Shown: positions 59,852-64,000 of the stretch, piece after piece | Position numbering within the stretch: the first letter of the stretch is position 1 | Layout of the letters: each line of letters starts with the position of its first letter | Source of the DNA: Candidatus Thorarchaeota archaeon | GTDB lineage: Archaea; Asgardarchaeota; Thorarchaeia; Thorarchaeales; Thorarchaeaceae | Reading direction: 5' to 3' | DNA: 64,000 nucleotides | Assembly (NCBI GenBank): GCA_011364985.1 | Contig: RDOC01000002.1 | Coordinates: forward strand, 1-64,000 | Notes under the pieces: generated by a model | Seen by the model: the letters and a program-made list of their open reading frames with translations, nothing else | The model's database searches: none | Told to the model about the DNA's origin: nothing | Translations under genes and position numbers: made by a program

Positions 59852-60670
59852 ATGGCCGAGTCGCAGGACATGACGATGCCTAAGGATGACCTCAGAATGA
59901 GAGGGCCATCCTTGTTGGTAGTATTCTATCGACCCAGAACTCCTACAAAACAGCTCATGAGTCTATCAGAGAGTCATAGTGTACACAGAGTAAGAAAAGG
60001 ACTCTTCTTGGTCTGCGGAAAGCCAAAGCAGGTAATAGAAGCCTTATCAAAAGTCCCTCATATAGCCCTTAGACGAACAAAGGAGATTCCTCGAAGAAAA
60101 TCGAGAAAGATGCGTACGGCACCACATCGCAGCTTTGCACTAGTTGCATATCGCACGAAGACCACCTCTCCACAGTTTAAGAAAGCCGTTCAGCGACTAG
60201 TAGCAAGAACACCTTCTATTCGACTACGACCAGGTGTATTTCTTTTTCCTCATATGAGGTCAAAGGATTTGAAGAAAGAAAGAGATGGAAAAGGTGCGCA
60301 ATCTCTACTCAATTCTATGCAGTTCTCACAGGCTCTCAAGGAGATGGGCGCCAAAGTATTTCGTTGGACACGTTTACAGGTAACAGAAGCGACTAATCCA
60401 GCTCCCATTCTAGACCTGATTCAAGAACGAATTGACTTTGAGATTGAAGCAGTTTCATCAAGGATCAGGCAATTGCGGAATCAGGCAAAAGATGCGCTTT
60501 CTGATAGTGCAAGATTGAAGAAGAGATACGTTGAGTATTCGAAGCAATTCACTCAACTAAAATTGAAAACCGAAGCCATTGAAACAATCTGGCATCTTGA
60601 CCTCGGTCCAAGAATGAAACAACTGTATAATCAGTTTCTTAGTGCCCGACGCATAATACGCGAGCTCTAG
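59852..60670 (+). CDS. basic hypothetical protein with PaaX/ChrB-N-like ferredoxin-fold segment and coiled coil
   Basis: FALVAY....FKKAVQRLV....IRLRPGVFLFP pattern, appears duplicated. Confidence 0.55.
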   Translation: MAESQDMTMPKDDLRMRGPSLLVVFYRPRTPTKQLMSLSESHSVHRVRKGLFLVCGKPKQVIEALSKVPHIALRRTKEIPRRKSRKMRTAPHRSFALVAYRTKTTSPQFKKAVQRLVARTPSIRLRPGVFLFPHMRSKDLKKERDGKGAQSLLNSMQFSQALKEMGAKVFRWTRLQVTEATNPAPILDLIQERIDFEIEAVSSRIRQLRNQAKDALSDSARLKKRYVEYSKQFTQLKLKTEAIETIWHLDLGPRMKQLYNQFLSARRIIREL

Positions 60671-60699
60671 AGATGTGATGAGTCTTAAGACAAGGATGA

Positions 60700-60925
60700 C
60701 TAACAGTTACCTTAGACCTAGAAAATCCTAGACACTGAGTAGGCTGTTCTTTGAAGAATCGTCATGTTCTCTCCATAATGGAAGGAGAAAGCGGGGGGTA
60801 CTTCTACTACGGGAAGTGTGAAGAGCACTTTCATGCTGATGTGAATACAGCACGAAACGTCATTCATGTTCATGAAGAACCCAGTACCGTTACTAGGCGG
60901 ACTGCCTAGACTAGCTGTCTAGGTC
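60700..60925 (+). mobile_element. tnpB: IS200/IS605-family TnpB 3' remnant with right-end hairpin
   Basis: YFYYGKCEEHFHADVNTARNV resembles F.C..C...hADxNAAxNI (Zn ribbon plus RuvC-III); hairpin CTAGAC-TAGCT-GTCTAG at 60906-60922. Confidence 0.65.
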
Positions 60926-60998
60926 TGTCTAGATTACAATTAATGGTAATATCCACATTCATATCTCACAAATAGGTGGTCTATCATGAGGTCTAGAT

Positions 60999-61181
60999 AT
61001 GCGACTCATTGCTGTACATCTGCCTGAGAAGATAATTGATGACATTCAGCGTCTTGTAGACCGAGGGCTTTATCCGAATCGATCGGAAACTATCCGGATT
61101 GCGATTCGAGACCTATTGAAGCGGGAACTTTGGGAGCACAGTGTGCATCGAGAAAAGGCAAGTGAGGTAGCTCAACAATGA
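60999..61181 (+). CDS. ribbon-helix-helix regulator (CdrS-like), coupled to ftsZ
   Basis: MRLIAVHLP..LV..G.YPNRSE.IR.AIRDLL; ATGA overlap with ftsZ. Confidence 0.88.
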   Translation: MRLIAVHLPEKIIDDIQRLVDRGLYPNRSETIRIAIRDLLKRELWEHSVHREKASEVAQQ

Positions 61182-62440
61182 AGACATTAATCGATTCAGC
61201 AAGAGAGCATATCAGAGCTGAAAGAAACACCCTCGGAACTCGTGACATGGGTCAAGCACGCATAGTCGTTGTTGGATGTGGTGGTGCTGGGAATAACACA
61301 GTGAAACGACTAATGACCATTGGTGTCCAAGGTGCTGAGTGTATAGCTATAAATACAGACCGTCAGCATTTGGCTGTTACTACCGCCCATAGGAAGCTGT
61401 TGATTGGGGAGAAGATAACTCGAGGGCTGGGCGCAGGAGGATACCCACCCGTTGGACAAGCTGCAGCAGAGGAATCAGCAGACCAGCTTGCCGAACTGCT
61501 TCGAGATGCGGATCTGGTATTTATCGCAGCGGGCTTGGGAGGCGGTACGGGTACTGGTAGTGCTCCGATTGTTGCTGAAATCGCCAAACGAAACAATGCC
61601 ATTGTTGTCGGAGTTGTGACCATGCCCTTTGATTTGGAGCGAACTCGACTCGATAAGGCGAAGGCCGGACTTGCGAAACTCCAAGAAAATGTAGATACTG
61701 CTGTTGTTATTGATAATCAAAAGCTCATGGAGCTTGTTCCCGATCTCCCGCTGGAGGAAGCCTTTGGTGTGGCTGATGAGGTTCTTGCGAACATGGTAAA
61801 AGGCATTACTGAAACAATAACTATGCCCAGTTTGATCAACCTAGATTATGCAGATGTCCGGTCCATTATCTGTAATGGTGGTGTTGCATTGGTTGGGCTT
61901 GGAGAAGCGTCAGGAAGCAATCGGGCAAACGAAGCTATTAAGAACGCCTTGAATAGTCCGCTTCTGGAAGTTGAGTGGAATGGAGCGACCGGTGCACTCA
62001 TTCATATCACTGGAGGATCAGATATGTCGCTTGCTGAAGCAAATGAAGTTGGGGAGCTTGTTTCTCAAAAGATGAGTTCAGATGCCAATGTGATATGGGG
62101 TGCACGTGTGGACCCAAGATTAAGTAGCATTCTACGTGTCATGCTAATCCTTACAGGAGTCAAGAGCCCACAGCTTCTACCGTGTTCCAGAGAAGAAGAA
62201 AAACCTAGGAAAGGGATAAGCAGACTCTCGGAACTGGGGATTCTTGCGGCTCATGTCAGTACTACCGCATCTAGATCGGTTTCTGCCAAAGCGCGCAGTT
62301 TTGGAAAGATACCTCCATTTTCATCAAGTGGGAGTTGGGAAGACCGCCTCAAACCCTTGGAGAAGAAACTGCTAGAGAGAACACCTAAATCTGTTGAAGA
62401 AACGGATTTGAGAGAACTTGGTCTTCGAAGATTACTTTGA
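61178..62440 (+). CDS. ftsZ: cell division protein FtsZ
   Basis: [36 protein letters not shown]. Confidence 0.97.
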   Translation: MKTLIDSAREHIRAERNTLGTRDMGQARIVVVGCGGAGNNTVKRLMTIGVQGAECIAINTDRQHLAVTTAHRKLLIGEKITRGLGAGGYPPVGQAAAEESADQLAELLRDADLVFIAAGLGGGTGTGSAPIVAEIAKRNNAIVVGVVTMPFDLERTRLDKAKAGLAKLQENVDTAVVIDNQKLMELVPDLPLEEAFGVADEVLANMVKGITETITMPSLINLDYADVRSIICNGGVALVGLGEASGSNRANEAIKNALNSPLLEVEWNGATGALIHITGGSDMSLAEANEVGELVSQKMSSDANVIWGARVDPRLSSILRVMLILTGVKSPQLLPCSREEEKPRKGISRLSELGILAAHVSTTASRSVSAKARSFGKIPPFSSSGSWEDRLKPLEKKLLERTPKSVEETDLRELGLRRLL

Positions 62441-62525
62441 TTTAATCTGTTGCAGCAGTTAACCTAACGTTGTCTAAGGTGACCGATTCAGTCATTGAAG
62501 CATGTGTTGTTTCATATTTTGGAGT

Positions 62526-62960
62526 CTAGTCGAGACCGTGATCCTTGAACCATTCGTCAGCAATAGCCTTGACCCTTTCGTATAAAGGACCGCTGCCATC
62601 TACTCCATCTTCTGCGGTTATTCTAACTTTATTCATCACGATTACGATTCCAGTATCGGGAAAGTACTGAACACCACCAGGAGGAAATGCCTTTTCAAGT
62701 TCCTTGACCAGTCCTTCTAGGGTGACTTCTTTCTCGGCAACAGAGAAGGAAATGATACCAGTTCCATAGATGAATATCCTCGGAATATTGGTTCCATCTG
62801 CGTCTAGTACATCTGAAAGAACTATACTCAGAGTGTTTTGATCAATTCCCTTCAGAGTGCCCGTGTATTTCTCACCAGTCTGTGTCACGACCTCAACAGT
62901 CGCTCCAATAACGGAGCCAAGTTCACGGTTGAAGGCTCTCATTGCTGCAACATCTGACAT
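62526..62960 (-). CDS. Sm-like protein with C-terminal domain (SmAP3-type)
   Basis: Sm1/Sm2 motifs followed by a ~65-aa extension ending V.GSGP...RV. Confidence 0.85.
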   Translation of the reverse strand: MSDVAAMRAFNRELGSVIGATVEVVTQTGEKYTGTLKGIDQNTLSIVLSDVLDADGTNIPRIFIYGTGIISFSVAEKEVTLEGLVKELEKAFPPGGVQYFPDTGIVIVMNKVRITAEDGVDGSGPLYERVKAIADEWFKDHGLD

Positions 62961-63052
62961 TCCTAATCACCATATACTTGGGAAAATCAAATGCTGGCTT
63001 CAATGATGTTGTTTTAAAAGTGATGCTCTCGCAATGTTATTAGCTAAGAAGC

Positions 63053-63943
63053 TTGCCGCCTGAGAATCACATATTAGTCTCATGGAGCCACAAGCACTTA
63101 CTCAAGGTGGTTTTCAAGCTGACAGCGTCCACAGTTCATTTCGCAAGGCAATACTTACGGGAAGTGAATAGCTTATTTTGCCCAGGATGCGGTAACGGAA
63201 TTATCGCAAATTCATTCATGAAAGCAGTAAAGGACCTTGGACATGAAGATCTAAGTAGCTTTGCCTTTGTATCAGGAATTGGATGCGGGGCTTGGATTGT
63301 GTCTCCACATTTTAGAGCTGACACACTCCATACTACACATGGAAGAGCGATTGCATTTGCATCTGGTCTGAAGCTAGCTAGACCTGAGCTGAAGGTTGTT
63401 GTGATAAGCGGAGACGGAGATCTTGTAGCAATCGGTGGAAATCACCTGATCCATGCTGCAAGACGCAACATAGACATGACGGTCATATGTTCCAATAACT
63501 ACATTTATGGAATGACCGGTGGACAGGTAGGACCTACAACCTTCACAGGTGATAGAACTACAACAACGCCTTATGGGAATCCGGAACGGCCCTTTGATGT
63601 TGCTAGATTGGTAGCTGCAGCAGGGGCGAATTATGTAGCAAGATGGACAACAGGACACCCGTTGCAGGCTGCCCGTTCGATTAAGACAGCCTTGCAGAAA
63701 AGAGGTTTTACTTTCGTGGAGATGCTGAGCCAATGTCCGACTGCCTATGGACGAAGAACTAAGGCTGGAGATGCAGTCGATATGTTGGCATGGTTCAAGA
63801 AATTGCCTGTTAGAAAGAAAGATGACCCTATGGACTATAAGACACCCACACATGACGGTATCGATTTGGGCGTGTTTGTAGATAGGGATGAAGCTTCATT
63901 TCTAGATTCCTTAGCCAGCACTTACTCGCATTTGGGAGCGTAA
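63053..63943 (+). CDS. 2-oxoacid:ferredoxin oxidoreductase beta subunit (true start probably downstream of 63053)
   Basis: FCPGCG, SGIGC, HGRA, GDGD, NN..YGMTGGQ, QCPT. Confidence 0.93.
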   Translation: MPPENHILVSWSHKHLLKVVFKLTASTVHFARQYLREVNSLFCPGCGNGIIANSFMKAVKDLGHEDLSSFAFVSGIGCGAWIVSPHFRADTLHTTHGRAIAFASGLKLARPELKVVVISGDGDLVAIGGNHLIHAARRNIDMTVICSNNYIYGMTGGQVGPTTFTGDRTTTTPYGNPERPFDVARLVAAAGANYVARWTTGHPLQAARSIKTALQKRGFTFVEMLSQCPTAYGRRTKAGDAVDMLAWFKKLPVRKKDDPMDYKTPTHDGIDLGVFVDRDEASFLDSLASTYSHLGA

Positions 63944-63949
63944 ATAGCT

Positions 63950-64000
63950 TTGAGAATAGAGGTACGGATAGCTGGAACGGGTGGTATGGGCGTCGTTCTA
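63950..64000 (+). CDS. 2-oxoacid:ferredoxin oxidoreductase gamma subunit, partial
   Basis: MRIEVRIAGTGGMGVVL. Confidence 0.8.
   Translation, partial: MRIEVRIAGTGGMGVVL

Noticed and set aside
24976-63853. Numerous 60-190-aa ORFs antisense to or overlapping core genes
   Set aside because: Shadow ORFs of well-supported genes on the other strand or frame.

Overview
Archaeal chromosomal segment, most likely Asgard (Thorarchaeia-like). This is inferred from the gene mix (eS30, SmAP3-type Lsm, DUF1512, RHH-ftsZ, rpoE1/spt4, JAB protease), not from a phylogeny. Most of the window is core informational genes: RNase P proteins, rpl15e, eIF2-gamma/rps6e/rpoE/rps24e/rps27ae, pelota, DnaG, two MetAP2, RNase HII, fibrillarin/Nop5, pyrDK, Elp3, archease, rpl3-4-23-2 and ftsZ. 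Accessory patches lie at about 1-5 kb, 16.7-22.7 kb and 40-44 kb. All four RNA genes found are interrupted. tRNA-iMet has two non-canonical introns, tRNA-Trp and tRNA-Ser have canonical introns, and the 5S rRNA carries a 32-nt insertion. The top finding is that this 5S insertion has bulge-helix-bulge-like splice geometry and shares its architecture (TGC internal loop, GTCAT-capped hairpin) with the tRNA-iMet T-loop intron, suggesting a mini-intron family that has spread into 5S rRNA. Other highlights: toxin-antitoxin cassettes separated by three decayed mvhD copies, an unidentified ~300-nt structured RNA beside dnaG, a 12-bp-periodic array between divergent wHTH genes, a HypD-like glycyl radical enzyme lacking the catalytic Glu, an unannotated DDW-repeat acidic micro-peptide, and a shared palindromic operator for a DUF134/NifX/ATPase regulon. 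Protein assignments come from motif recognition by eye; no searches were run.
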